Part shown: positions 28,542 to 37,033 of the stretch, piece by piece | Layout of the letters: every line of letters begins with the position of its first letter | How positions within the stretch are numbered: the stretch's first letter is position 1 | Assembly (NCBI GenBank): GCA_040384485.1 | Contig: JAZKJH010000002.1 | Span: forward strand, 150,235-214,234 | Length of the DNA: 64,000 bases | Origin: Patescibacteria group bacterium | GTDB taxonomy: Bacteria; Patescibacteriota; Minisyncoccia; Phycocordibacterales; DATDWN01 | Direction of reading: 5' to 3' | Notes under the pieces: model-generated | The model's input: only the letters and a program-made list of their open reading frames with translations | What the model was told of the DNA's origin: nothing | Databases searched by the model: none | Made by a program: the position numbers and the translations under genes

Positions 28542-29651
28542 TTAACGAGGGGGGAGAAGACTGCCAAAACGATCTGTCGGTTCAGAAGTCTGGCTGACCT
28601 TTCGGGCAACCGGAACTTCTTCCCCAACTCTCGATCTGGCTTCGATGAGAAGTACTGGATCGCGATTCTCCGCCAACTGTCGCTGACCTTCAGCAAACGT
28701 TGACATGGAATCAACACGGCCTGTCAGTTCACGAATCAAATCTTCTTCGCCAATGGCGTCGTCAATCTGACCCGCAACCAGTTGCCCCCTAACCGTGTTC
28801 ATAACGCCTTCAGCTTCGGCAATCCACTGATCGGTCTGCTGCATCATGCTCTGTGCAGTCATCTCGAACAGCTTGGTCTTTTCGTCCTTACCAAGGATTC
28901 CCTTCAGATCATCGGCACCTTGTGCCAAGTCCTCAGCTGATTCGTAATCCTGGACCATCATCTCAACATTGAATCGAGTAACCTCGATAATTGAAGTGAT
29001 GACCCCCTGCAACTGCGTCAGAAGAGCAACATAGCCCTTCTGAACCAGCAACCGTTTTTCGAGCTTGGCAACTGCGCCTGTCAGAGAACGAATCTTCTGA
29101 CTGAGAACTCGAAATTCGGTCTGCAGTTTACTGTCCGTCCACTTACGGCCCCCATCGGAGCTTCCGTGTTCGACGCAATATTCTGCACGCCGCTTTGCTT
29201 CTGCGAGACTCGTCTGGGTCTCTTCCAACCTACGTTGTGCCGATTTTTCACGGCCAACCGCACGATCAAGAACTTCCTGGTTTTTTGCACCCTTCGGTTC
29301 GAGATAGTGAGTAACGTATGACCTGGAGCGAGTGACGGGGTCAACCTGTGCGATTTTCAAAGCAAAGGCATCAACCCATCCCATGAACAAGTACCACGCT
29401 GCTGCCTGAACCTTGGGGTTCATGACAAAAGCGCCGATTGTTCCGATGATGGCGAGCATGCCGCCCAGAACTAGCAGTTTGTATCCTGCTTCGATTCCGA
29501 GCGTTGCAAAGTTGATAATGTAAGGCAGAACGAACGTTCCAATCCCCACGATACCAGCTGCATAAGCCCCGCCAACAATCCAACGCCAAACCTTCTCTTT
29601 TCCAAGAAGGAATTTCGGCTTTGATCCAACCAACTCAGGCAAATTCGACAT
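28542..29651 (-). CDS. hypothetical membrane protein, 2-3 N-terminal TM plus long coiled-coil cytoplasmic domain
   Basis: 369 aa; start codon abuts the stop of the upstream gene (coupled); AAGGAG RBS; no confident family (TelA/XpaC- or PspA-like is only a guess). Confidence 0.5.
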   Translation of the reverse strand: MSNLPELVGSKPKFLLGKEKVWRWIVGGAYAAGIVGIGTFVLPYIINFATLGIEAGYKLLVLGGMLAIIGTIGAFVMNPKVQAAAWYLFMGWVDAFALKIAQVDPVTRSRSYVTHYLEPKGAKNQEVLDRAVGREKSAQRRLEETQTSLAEAKRRAEYCVEHGSSDGGRKWTDSKLQTEFRVLSQKIRSLTGAVAKLEKRLLVQKGYVALLTQLQGVITSIIEVTRFNVEMMVQDYESAEDLAQGADDLKGILGKDEKTKLFEMTAQSMMQQTDQWIAEAEGVMNTVRGQLVAGQIDDAIGEEDLIRELTGRVDSMSTFAEGQRQLAENRDPVLLIEARSRVGEEVPVARKVSQTSEPTDRFGSLLPPR

Positions 29652-30383
29652 CTACTGCTCCTTTGATGAAACAAAACTCAACAAACGCTTGTACTCTTCC
29701 GTACGAGCGGACACGGTAGCGCTAAAGCGACTACGGGGTCCATCGTATTTTGCTGTCACAGTTGAAAGCTCAACTTGGAGCTGTGCAACCTGTGATTGAA
29801 GTTGAGTGCGTTCGGCCACAAGACGGGCCATATCCGCATCAACTTCCTTGGTGCGATTTTCCAAGTCGGAAATAGTCGCACTTTTGTCTCGAGTTTCCTC
29901 ACTCTCACGTTTCCTCGCTTCATCCATATAGGACGCCTCGAAGGTTGAGAGTAAACGCATACGCTCACCAACACTCTTTGCGATTTGTTGTGCATTGAGT
30001 CTTGGATTTGAGGCTGACACTGCTGCCAGCGCCGCACGTGTGCACTGAACTCGATCGGTTATTACGCCAGACAAGGCATTGAACTGTGCCATGAACTCTT
30101 TGAGACCAGGTTCTTTCGATTCCTGATCCAAAGCGTTACTGATCACAGCGTCAAACTCCTTATCCACTGTTGGTTGCGAAGCCGAGCCAATGCTCGAAAT
30201 CACACCGGTCGTCCGCTGAAAAATTGACGCGGACGGACCCAAAGGAACTCCTGCCATTACGGCTGGAACTCTCTGAACAGGGCGTGATGAAACAGAAGTA
30301 TTTTGTCCTCGCGGTACGTCTGCTTCATCCGGTTCCGGAGTTTCTTCTCCATCACCTTTCCAGAACAATCCTTTCAAACCCAT
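29652..30383 (-). CDS. hypothetical coiled-coil protein with Pro/Ser-rich N-terminal linker
   Basis: Start MGLKGLFWKG (AGGAGAAAAGAGGA upstream), 243 aa; the ORF-track N-terminal extension lacks an RBS. Confidence 0.5.
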   Translation of the reverse strand: MGLKGLFWKGDGEETPEPDEADVPRGQNTSVSSRPVQRVPAVMAGVPLGPSASIFQRTTGVISSIGSASQPTVDKEFDAVISNALDQESKEPGLKEFMAQFNALSGVITDRVQCTRAALAAVSASNPRLNAQQIAKSVGERMRLLSTFEASYMDEARKRESEETRDKSATISDLENRTKEVDADMARLVAERTQLQSQVAQLQVELSTVTAKYDGPRSRFSATVSARTEEYKRLLSFVSSKEQ

Positions 30384-30473
30384 CTTTATCCTCTTTTCTC
30401 CTAAAACAAAAACATTGACAACGAACTTACACAAAAAAAGAGACTTTTGTCTCCAAAATGTACCTAATTAAAA

Positions 30474-30502
30474 TAATAGCAGTTATATGTACAACTGTCA
30501 AG
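30474..30502 (-). promoter_or_regulatory. near-consensus sigma70 promoter for the coiled-coil/ABC operon (TTGACA-17-TATTAT)
   Basis: Minus strand: TTGACAgttgtacatataactgcTATTAT. Confidence 0.45.
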
Positions 30503-30543
30503 GCTTACCAAGTTGCCAAAAACGTGTTATTTATGGCCGTAGT

Positions 30544-30571
30544 TTGACACAATCAATATATGTATTATCAT
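30544..30571 (+). promoter_or_regulatory. sigma70-like promoter for the divergent small gene (TTGACA-16-TATCAT)
   Basis: agtTTGACAcaatcaatatatgtatTATCATtc about 20 nt before the ATG at 30591. Confidence 0.4.
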
Positions 30572-30590
30572 TCATGATAGAGGGCAACAA

Positions 30591-30905
30591 ATGAGTAAAT
30601 TGACAGATGAAGTCGAACGAGCTGCGGAGTACGTCGAGACTAAGATCGAGAACCTGGCTGAAGCGATTCAGTCAATTGTAGCCAAGGGAATGTCCTACGA
30701 CCTGGAAATTCGCAAAAACGGAGTGAAGGTCCACAACATGCCTACGACAGTGGCTGGCATCCTTGCTGGACTCAGCTTCCTCCCGCCATTCCGACTAGCG
30801 GGTCTTGCTGGCCTTGCAGGCGCAACTCTTCAAGGGTATACCTTCCATCTTCGGCAGGTTACTCCACCCAAAGGAACCGGCGCTTCCTGGCTGAAGGAAA
30901 CCTAG
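30591..30905 (+). CDS. hypothetical small protein with C-terminal hydrophobic/Gly-Leu-Ala repeat segment
   Basis: 104 aa; LAGLAGLAGATL repeat; high GC; divergent from the ABC operon. Confidence 0.45.
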   Translation: MSKLTDEVERAAEYVETKIENLAEAIQSIVAKGMSYDLEIRKNGVKVHNMPTTVAGILAGLSFLPPFRLAGLAGLAGATLQGYTFHLRQVTPPKGTGASWLKET

Positions 30906-30942
30906 TACAAAATCAGACCCGTAACATTGTTTTTATGAAAAA

Positions 30943-30967
30943 GTCCGTCGCATGACGGACTTTTTTT
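30943..30967. terminator. bidirectional intrinsic terminator
   Basis: aaaaa gtccgtcgcatgacggac ttttttt. Confidence 0.6.
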
Positions 30968-30978
30968 ATTTAAATACT

Positions 30979-31557
30979 CTAGTAGACCTTTCTTCCCCAA
31001 CTCACAAACTTGTTTTGCCATTTAACTATAGACTCAGGAGATATTTTTTTCATCGGTCCAACTTTTTTCATCTTGGTGTGAATGCCAGAAAACCAGAGAA
31101 TACCGTCTTGGATTTCGTTAGTATTGTCCCCAAACAACATCCTGGCTACAAGTGGCGGAGAATCAGAAGTCACAAACACCGTTGCTGTTCTTCCCTTCAA
31201 AAGTCTTTTCCACCCCATTCCATTTTTATTAAAATTGTATGCAAAGCCAGGTAACCACATCCGGTCAAACATTCCTTTGAGTAGTGCTGGCATAGTTGAC
31301 CACCATGACGGATATACAATAACCAAATGTTCACACCATTTTATGTCCTCTTGGAGTTGTTTTAAGTCCGGCTCAAGCTGTTGAATAACTTTGTAGCCCT
31401 TATGGAGTATCGGATCAAATTTCAAATCGCCCAAGTTAACTCTTTTTACCTCATGCCCAGCCGATACAGCACCTTCTGCATATTTATCACAAAAAGATCT
31501 TCCTAAACTTTCACTATCGGGGTGTCCCAGCAATACTAAGACTTTTTTATTGACCAT
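30979..31557 (-). CDS. flavodoxin-fold NAD(P)H dehydrogenase (quinone)-like protein (NQO1/KefF/MdaB family)
   Basis: 192 aa; VLVLLGHPDSESLGRSF...; family-typical layout. Confidence 0.7.
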   Translation of the reverse strand: MVNKKVLVLLGHPDSESLGRSFCDKYAEGAVSAGHEVKRVNLGDLKFDPILHKGYKVIQQLEPDLKQLQEDIKWCEHLVIVYPSWWSTMPALLKGMFDRMWLPGFAYNFNKNGMGWKRLLKGRTATVFVTSDSPPLVARMLFGDNTNEIQDGILWFSGIHTKMKKVGPMKKISPESIVKWQNKFVSWGRKVY

Positions 31558-31798
31558 CTTTAATTTTTTTTAGTTCCAACTCGTGGCGTTTTACTACTTC
31601 CATCGTTGCTGCCATCTGGTCTTTTCCTTTTTTCATTTCTTCTTGAACTTCTAAACCAATTTTTTGAAAGAAATCTGGATTTTTTTCAATCATTTCAAAA
31701 AGTTTGTCCTGCTCAGCTTGCGGAACTCCTTTTAGTTTTGAGGCGAGCATTTTCCTCATTAAAAATGTTTTCATTGACATATATAAGTATTTTACCAA
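31547..31798 (-). CDS. hypothetical small helical protein
   Basis: 77-83 aa depending on start; no RBS evident; weak. Confidence 0.3.
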   Translation of the reverse strand: MVKYLYMSMKTFLMRKMLASKLKGVPQAEQDKLFEMIEKNPDFFQKIGLEVQEEMKKGKDQMAATMEVVKRHELELKKIKDGQ

Positions 31799-31828
31799 TT
31801 ATACCGCTCCAGGTCTACTTACTTCTAG

Positions 31829-32689
31829 ATGCAAAAATATGTTAAAATTGTTTCAATGAATGTCCGAAAGTTTTTAAAAAGTAAAAAAAGTTTTTGGAAA
31901 AAATCTAGCACCAAAACTCTTGTCCTAGTCAGTCTACCTATTGCCCTTCTTTTTTCAGTTATTTTTTATTACGGTTTCTCAGTTGGAGTACTCCTTGACT
32001 GGTCTTTCTATCAAAGCCTTGCAAATCCTAGTATAAAAACAGTAAATATACGTGAGGGTCTCCGAAAAGAAGAAGTTGCCGAGGTTCTTACAAGAAGTCT
32101 TGGTTGGTCAGAAACAGAAAAACAAAAGTTTCTTACTGCTCACCTCGCTTACAATGATGAATCGTACGAAGGAAAGTATTTTCCAAAAACATATCTCATT
32201 CACAAGGATGCACCACCAGAGGATGTGAGTAAAACTCTTACTAACGAGTATGACAAAAAGGTTAGTAAAATTAAAAAAGCTGAAAGAAGTAAGATAATCA
32301 ACGAAGATACTGCTCTTATTGTCGCATCTCTTATCCAAAGGGAGGCTGGAGGAAAAAGTGACATGCGACTTATCTCAGGGATTATTTGGAACAGAGTCTT
32401 TGCTGGAATGAAACTCCAGATAGATGCCACTTTGCAATACGCCAAGGGTGAAGAAGAGCTTTGGTGGCCACAGGTAGACCCACGAGACAAATACATCGAA
32501 TCTCCTTTCAATACTTACAAATACAACATTCCACCGTCCCCTATCGCTAGTCCTGGGTTAGCAGCCATTGAAGCAGCTTACAACCCTCAGAAAACCTCAT
32601 GCATGTTCTATCTGCACGATAAATACAGGAAAATCCATTGCTCAAAAACATACGAGGAGCATAAAAGAAAAATAGAGAAACATTTATAA
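31829..32689 (+). CDS. MltG/YceG-family endolytic transglycosylase (second paralog)
   Basis: 286 aa; N-terminal TM; signature SPFNTYKYNIPPSPIASPG. Confidence 0.8.
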   Translation: MQKYVKIVSMNVRKFLKSKKSFWKKSSTKTLVLVSLPIALLFSVIFYYGFSVGVLLDWSFYQSLANPSIKTVNIREGLRKEEVAEVLTRSLGWSETEKQKFLTAHLAYNDESYEGKYFPKTYLIHKDAPPEDVSKTLTNEYDKKVSKIKKAERSKIINEDTALIVASLIQREAGGKSDMRLISGIIWNRVFAGMKLQIDATLQYAKGEEELWWPQVDPRDKYIESPFNTYKYNIPPSPIASPGLAAIEAAYNPQKTSCMFYLHDKYRKIHCSKTYEEHKRKIEKHL

Positions 32690-32780
32690 CCGACAAGAGC
32701 GAGCGAAATGAAAATGTACTCATTTTTATTTCCGAGCCGAGAAAAGTCAAATAAGATTAAAACTTCTATAAACCAAAACT

Positions 32781-33140
32781 ATGTCCGAGAAAATAACAAC
32801 AGCAGACACACTTTTAGAAACTGAGGCGGGTAGATTTCTTTTGGAGCTTGAGGCTGGACACCACAATATACAACTCCTTGTAGAAGCATCTGATGTGCCC
32901 GAGGAGATAAAGGTCATATATAAAAACATCGTCGAAGAACTGATCAATGACTTACATAATTGTCCTAACCTAGACAGAGAAACAACTTTTGCTTTTTCTA
33001 GGGGCGCAGTAGCTCACCTACTGGACACAGTAGACAGAAAAGATAAGGAGCAGCATCACCTATTTGAAACTGTCCGAAATGCCATCTACCGAGCTGAAAA
33101 CTCCGCAGTAGGTTTTCGTTCTGACTACCTCCAAGCATAA
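32781..33140 (+). CDS. hypothetical protein
   Basis: 119 aa; intermediate GC; no domain recognised. Confidence 0.45.
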   Translation: MSEKITTADTLLETEAGRFLLELEAGHHNIQLLVEASDVPEEIKVIYKNIVEELINDLHNCPNLDRETTFAFSRGAVAHLLDTVDRKDKEQHHLFETVRNAIYRAENSAVGFRSDYLQA

Positions 33141-33167
33141 TCAAAAACATAATCCAAGTTTCAAAAA

Positions 33168-33192
33168 ACCGACACAAATTACGTGTCGGTTT
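33168..33192. terminator. bidirectional intrinsic terminator
   Basis: aaaaaa ccgacacaaattacgtgtcgg tttcgtt. Confidence 0.55.
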
Positions 33193-33198
33193 CGTTAT

Positions 33199-33456
33199 CT
33201 ACCGGACTATTCCGGCAGTCATGGACGATTTGCTACTCGCAAGTATCGTCTGAATGGTCTCAAAGAACGCTAGGAGGGTGTTCTCGAAACCAGAAAAAAT
33301 TCTTGGTACTAGGAACTTTAGCATGATAATAGCCAGTGCCCAGCCCACAACTCTTAAGATTTTCATATCTTTATTGGTTGAGGAAGGATGAAGTATTGCT
33401 CGGACAAGAGACAACACTCTGGCTAAAACCAGACTACCCCCCTCCTCTTTTGTCAC
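33199..33456 (-). CDS. hypothetical small membrane protein (weak)
   Basis: 85 aa ORF with one hydrophobic segment; support is only ORF length. Confidence 0.3.
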   Translation of the reverse strand: MTKEEGGSLVLARVLSLVRAILHPSSTNKDMKILRVVGWALAIIMLKFLVPRIFSGFENTLLAFFETIQTILASSKSSMTAGIVR

Positions 33457-33567
33457 TTTGTTAAGTGAAAAAAGAACAAGAGAGGTTCCAATCTGTCTTT
33501 TATGTAAATGTACCTACTTATATTATACAACTACCTAAAAATAATGCAAGTACCTCTAATTTCTGTG

Positions 33568-34152
33568 CTACAGAGCATTGGCGATCAGTCCAATTAACAA
33601 AATTCCGATAAAGTTGAATACAAAAGAGATTGGTATGAACCACTTCGTTTTCACGTGCAGAAAACCAAAAATACTAACCGCTATTTCGTCTGGAAAAGGT
33701 GATGCCAAAATAAAACCACCAAGCAAAAAAGTGAGCCATCTAAATATTTTTAACTTAAAAAGCATTTTTATTCTTTTTCCAGGCTTCTGATGTTTCAAAA
33801 CTTCCTCTAGGTGGTTTGACAGTCGGTCGCGTATAAAACGAAAAATAATAAGGTCTCCTACTACTGAGCCCGCGGCTCCTACCACTGCCGTAAGTATCAC
33901 TGACTGCTGTTGTGCAATTTCACCCAAGGTAACTATGGCTGGTGCTGTGGTAAAAACTGAAGTAAAAAACATTCCAGCAAAAAAACTTCCGAACAATTGC
34001 ATGTCCTTTGTAAATGTAAGTACTTGCGCAATAACTCCACTTTTCACAAGAACAATAGAGACCACTACACTTAAGCCTATAAGCAAAATATCGTGAATAA
34101 AAAAATTATTGCTTTTTCTAGAGTGAATATGGTGTCTTTCGTGCAAAATCAT
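33568..34152 (-). CDS. DedA/TVP38-like membrane protein (tentative)
   Basis: 194 aa; multiple TM; VVGAAGSVVGDLIIFRFIR reminiscent of DedA-family motifs. Confidence 0.45.
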   Translation of the reverse strand: MILHERHHIHSRKSNNFFIHDILLIGLSVVVSIVLVKSGVIAQVLTFTKDMQLFGSFFAGMFFTSVFTTAPAIVTLGEIAQQQSVILTAVVGAAGSVVGDLIIFRFIRDRLSNHLEEVLKHQKPGKRIKMLFKLKIFRWLTFLLGGFILASPFPDEIAVSIFGFLHVKTKWFIPISFVFNFIGILLIGLIANAL

Positions 34153-34180
34153 TTAATAATTATATATGATGCTAGGGTAT

Positions 34181-34215
34181 AAAAAAAGTCGGACAAGTAT
34201 CTTCACTTGTCCGAC
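34181..34215 (-). terminator. intrinsic terminator of the 34228-34620 gene
   Basis: gtcggacaagtatcttcacttgtccgac with U-run on the minus strand. Confidence 0.6.
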
Positions 34216-34227
34216 AACCTAACAGTT

Positions 34228-34620
34228 TTATCCATTTGGATGATTTGCAGAGAGTAGCACTATTTTTCTCGTACCACTCAAAGATTGGATTGACTTGTGA
34301 GCACCAGCAGAGTCCACAGATAGAGTTCCGGACCCATCATTAAAACTGAATACCAGCCAATTTACTTCCCTCCAAGAGGAGCACTTTCTTTTCTTTAGTC
34401 CTGCTTCGCCCTGAAGAAAAGGCGGACCCTCTCTTTCTAACATGTTGGCAGAGAGAGTTATGTGAACAAATGGCTCGTTAGACCGAAGAGTCGGCACGGA
34501 CATCACTTCCACCTTGGACACCTTACCGAGCCACTCAGTGCCGGTCATAAAGTAATACACTCGAAGTGTACCTCCAACGAACGCTGCTAGTACATCTTTT
34601 TTGATGTCAGTTACCTTCAT
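34228..34620 (-). CDS. hypothetical protein (elevated GC)
   Basis: 130 aa; GGAGGGTGAAGG then ATG; no domain recognised. Confidence 0.45.
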   Translation of the reverse strand: MKVTDIKKDVLAAFVGGTLRVYYFMTGTEWLGKVSKVEVMSVPTLRSNEPFVHITLSANMLEREGPPFLQGEAGLKKRKCSSWREVNWLVFSFNDGSGTLSVDSAGAHKSIQSLSGTRKIVLLSANHPNG

Positions 34621-34681
34621 CCTTCACCCTCCGCCGTAATAATAAAGCTCTGAGTAAGATACTCTCATATATTTACAATAA

Positions 34682-34709
34682 GTCAAAAACCCCTTACGGG
34701 GCTTTTGAC
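34682..34709. terminator. bidirectional intrinsic terminator
   Basis: gtcaaaaaccccttacggggcttttgac. Confidence 0.6.
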
Positions 34710-34730
34710 TTAAAACTCTAATGGAGAAAA

Positions 34731-35405
34731 CTATTCTAGAGTTACAACTACTGTAGCTTTCGCTCTTAGCTGTGCAACAAACGCCGCTATAAGAGCTTGT
34801 TGTTTGTTCACTGTAAGCTGTTGAACTATTTGCTCTCTAACATCTGCTAATGCAGGTGCACCTTCAGTTTTTCCACCATTTTCATCATAGAAGGTTTTTA
34901 TTTCTGCATCAGTTACTGTTATAGCACTTGTATTGATGTTCTGTGCTAGGTATTTCTGAATAGTAATTTGTCGAGCAATGTTGGTTCTAAACTGATCTTC
35001 TGTAATTTTTGCTTTTACCAACTCTGCTGCCAAAGCTTCTTTTCCACCAGCTTGTGTTTCAACAGTTGTAAATTGAGCATTTACCTCTTCGGTAGAAGCA
35101 GTGATACCTGCCTTTGCAATTTCTTGCATCACAAGTTCGTTGCTAATAAGGTCATTCAATACTTGATCCTTGATCAATTTTGCGTTCTCCGCAGTTGTCA
35201 CATCCACTCCTTGTTGTTTGAAAGACTCAGTTGCAGCAGTTAGTTGTGTGTCGAAAGTATCTTTACTTATTTCAACACCATTTACTGTCGCTACACTCGC
35301 GCCAGCTCCTTTAAAAACAGAATTATCCATACCAAATATTCCGTATGCAACTGCACCCAACACTACCAGCACCACTATGATTGAAACTATTTTGTCTTTA
35401 TTCAT
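34731..35405 (-). CDS. membrane-anchored SurA-N-like chaperone domain protein (tentative)
   Basis: 224 aa; N-terminal TM; helical SurA_N/PpiD-like region; no PPIase domain seen. Confidence 0.45.
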   Translation of the reverse strand: MNKDKIVSIIVVLVVLGAVAYGIFGMDNSVFKGAGASVATVNGVEISKDTFDTQLTAATESFKQQGVDVTTAENAKLIKDQVLNDLISNELVMQEIAKAGITASTEEVNAQFTTVETQAGGKEALAAELVKAKITEDQFRTNIARQITIQKYLAQNINTSAITVTDAEIKTFYDENGGKTEGAPALADVREQIVQQLTVNKQQALIAAFVAQLRAKATVVVTLE

Positions 35406-35476
35406 TTTGATTTTGCTTAACTATAAATTAATTTGATTCCAATATTATATCACAAGACTTTTCCTTCGCTACTAAG

Positions 35477-36337
35477 TTATCCCATAACCGGCTTCACAGC
35501 CTCGGACAGAACCACCTGAGCCAAGTCGTCTATCAACTCCTTGAACTGCTCATCGTTGGCAAACATAGCATTTCTTCCAATAATAAGCCGGAGCAACTCT
35601 ATCGCCTCTTCCTTTGTCCTTCCGCTTCTTCTCCAAAAAGCATCGTATTTATCCAAAATGATAATAAGCTTTTCGGCTCTATCAAACTCAGCATTCTCTC
35701 CAAAATACCTAGTAAATCTCCTGTCCTCACCTATAATATTCATTGGATTCACCCCGTCCACGATATGATGCGAGGCAGCCCCGGCAACTGCTTCAGCAGG
35801 AATACCGTCACCACTTATTATCTCTAGAGTCCACTGACTATGCATATTCCAAAAATTTCGCATACTCATTTCAGAGTTCAACTCCATTTCCTCAAATTTT
35901 TCTATTCTTACTTCTGCGTCAGCAGGAAAGTACATCTGGAAAAAGTCAGCGACTGTCATTTGTGGATCCTGCACATTCTCTACTGCAAACATATCCACCA
36001 CCAATCTTTGTTCATCTCGAGTTGCCTCCCGTGGACCAGTTTTCCCTACATCAGAAAAAAGTGATCCGATAATAACCACTTTCTGTTCTAGTTCCGTAAA
36101 AACTTTTTCAGGTTTGTTTTGAACATAATATTCAAAAATAGATTTTGCAATCTGAACAGCATTTTCTCCATCTTCGACAGTTTTTGTTACTTCATTCAAA
36201 AGTTCTAGTCTTTCGACTATTCGGGGCGCTACATGCTCAGCATCTAGTCCGACTTCTTTTAATACATCAGATATTTTAATTTTTGGATGTGTATCTAAAA
36301 CTTCCAGCACTGGCATTTCTGTTGTTAACATACTCAT
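35477..36337 (-). CDS. hypothetical protein
   Basis: 286 aa; acidic, helical; no domain recognised. Confidence 0.5.
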   Translation of the reverse strand: MSMLTTEMPVLEVLDTHPKIKISDVLKEVGLDAEHVAPRIVERLELLNEVTKTVEDGENAVQIAKSIFEYYVQNKPEKVFTELEQKVVIIGSLFSDVGKTGPREATRDEQRLVVDMFAVENVQDPQMTVADFFQMYFPADAEVRIEKFEEMELNSEMSMRNFWNMHSQWTLEIISGDGIPAEAVAGAASHHIVDGVNPMNIIGEDRRFTRYFGENAEFDRAEKLIIILDKYDAFWRRSGRTKEEAIELLRLIIGRNAMFANDEQFKELIDDLAQVVLSEAVKPVMG

Positions 36338-36383
36338 AATTATATCTAATAAACGGATTCTTGGAAATTAGAAATAAAAAAAA

Positions 36384-36414
36384 CAAGCAACGGGGGCTCC
36401 AGCCCCGTTGCTTG
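36384..36414. terminator. strong bidirectional intrinsic terminator
   Basis: aaaaaaaa caagcaacgggggctccagccccgttgcttg ttgttatttt. Confidence 0.65.
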
Positions 36415-36421
36415 TTGTTAT

Positions 36422-36646
36422 TTACTGCGTGCTAATGCTCTCAAAGATGTGACAGGAGCTCCTGTCACAAGAATCATTGAAAGGACAACGTCCATTCAAA
36501 CAGCCGACCTCTTTGGCCACTGTGTTTGAAACCGAAGGACGGTCAGGAGCTTCAGTGATCAAGCTCCCAAACATTAGTGCAATTTCGACATGGTTGACCA
36601 ACTGTGTGGATGGTGCCAGTCGCTGTCTCAAAGTACCAGTCTTCAT
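36422..36646 (-). CDS. small Cys-rich protein (74 aa), in a high-GC islet
   Basis: MKTGTLRQRL... ending GCLNGRCPFNDSCDRSSCH (C-x4-C-x5-C-x5-C); GGAGG 6 nt upstream. Confidence 0.45.
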   Translation of the reverse strand: MKTGTLRQRLAPSTQLVNHVEIALMFGSLITEAPDRPSVSNTVAKEVGCLNGRCPFNDSCDRSSCHIFESISTQ

Positions 36647-36735
36647 CAAACGCCTCCAAATATAAGCTTATTCCTATAAAAAAATCTTGTCAAATAAGGT
36701 TCAGTATGATGTGGATAAAAAGTGGAAAAATTACG

Positions 36736-36764
36736 TTGACATTTCAATATAAATGGTATATAAT
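36736..36764 (+). promoter_or_regulatory. perfect consensus sigma70 promoter (TTGACA-17-TATAAT), orphan on the plus strand
   Basis: TTGACAtttcaatataaatggtaTATAAT; the nearest annotated plus-strand gene is 1.1 kb away; the only downstream ORF is a 33-aa peptide. Confidence 0.5.
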
Positions 36765-36794
36765 CCGTTACGGTGGATCGTTAGGAATCTTGAA

Positions 36795-36896
36795 ATGTGT
36801 GAAGGCTCGCAACTAGAGGCGCCGGCGCGTACGTCTTGTACGGGCAGTCCTATTTTGAGAGATGAGATTGTTCTAACTGGTTTATGTATACTCTAG
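36795..36896 (+). CDS. candidate 33-aa Cys-containing peptide (speculative)
   Basis: MCEGSQLEAPARTSCTGSPILRDEIVLTGLCIL, AGGAA 7 nt upstream, about 30 nt downstream of the consensus promoter; GC-rich. Confidence 0.2.
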   Translation: MCEGSQLEAPARTSCTGSPILRDEIVLTGLCIL

Positions 36897-37033
36897 CACG
36901 ACTCCGGGGAGTATAACTTCGTACAGTTCCTAGCAGTACGATGTAGAGCATAAGCCAGGGAGACAAGCCGGGAAGTCCTAACTTCCACCACCAACCACTA
37001 GCCTCAACTATTTTAAAACAGGGGCTAGTTTTT

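Noticed and set aside
29081-30037. Alternative-frame ORFs inside the coiled-coil genes (29081-29344, 29371-29589, 29471-29674, 29756-30037)
   Set aside because: These are Arg-rich translations of the wrong frame of GC-rich coding DNA, with no starts or RBSs of their own.
36770-37030. RNase P, SRP, 6S or tmRNA downstream of the orphan consensus promoter at 36736
   Set aside because: I could not find the conserved P4 (AGGAAAGUCCGGGC), SRP domain IV or tmRNA tRNA-like-end motifs. The region is also antisense to the 3' part of the EEP gene. It is left as an orphan promoter, possibly driving a 33-aa ORF or sRNA.
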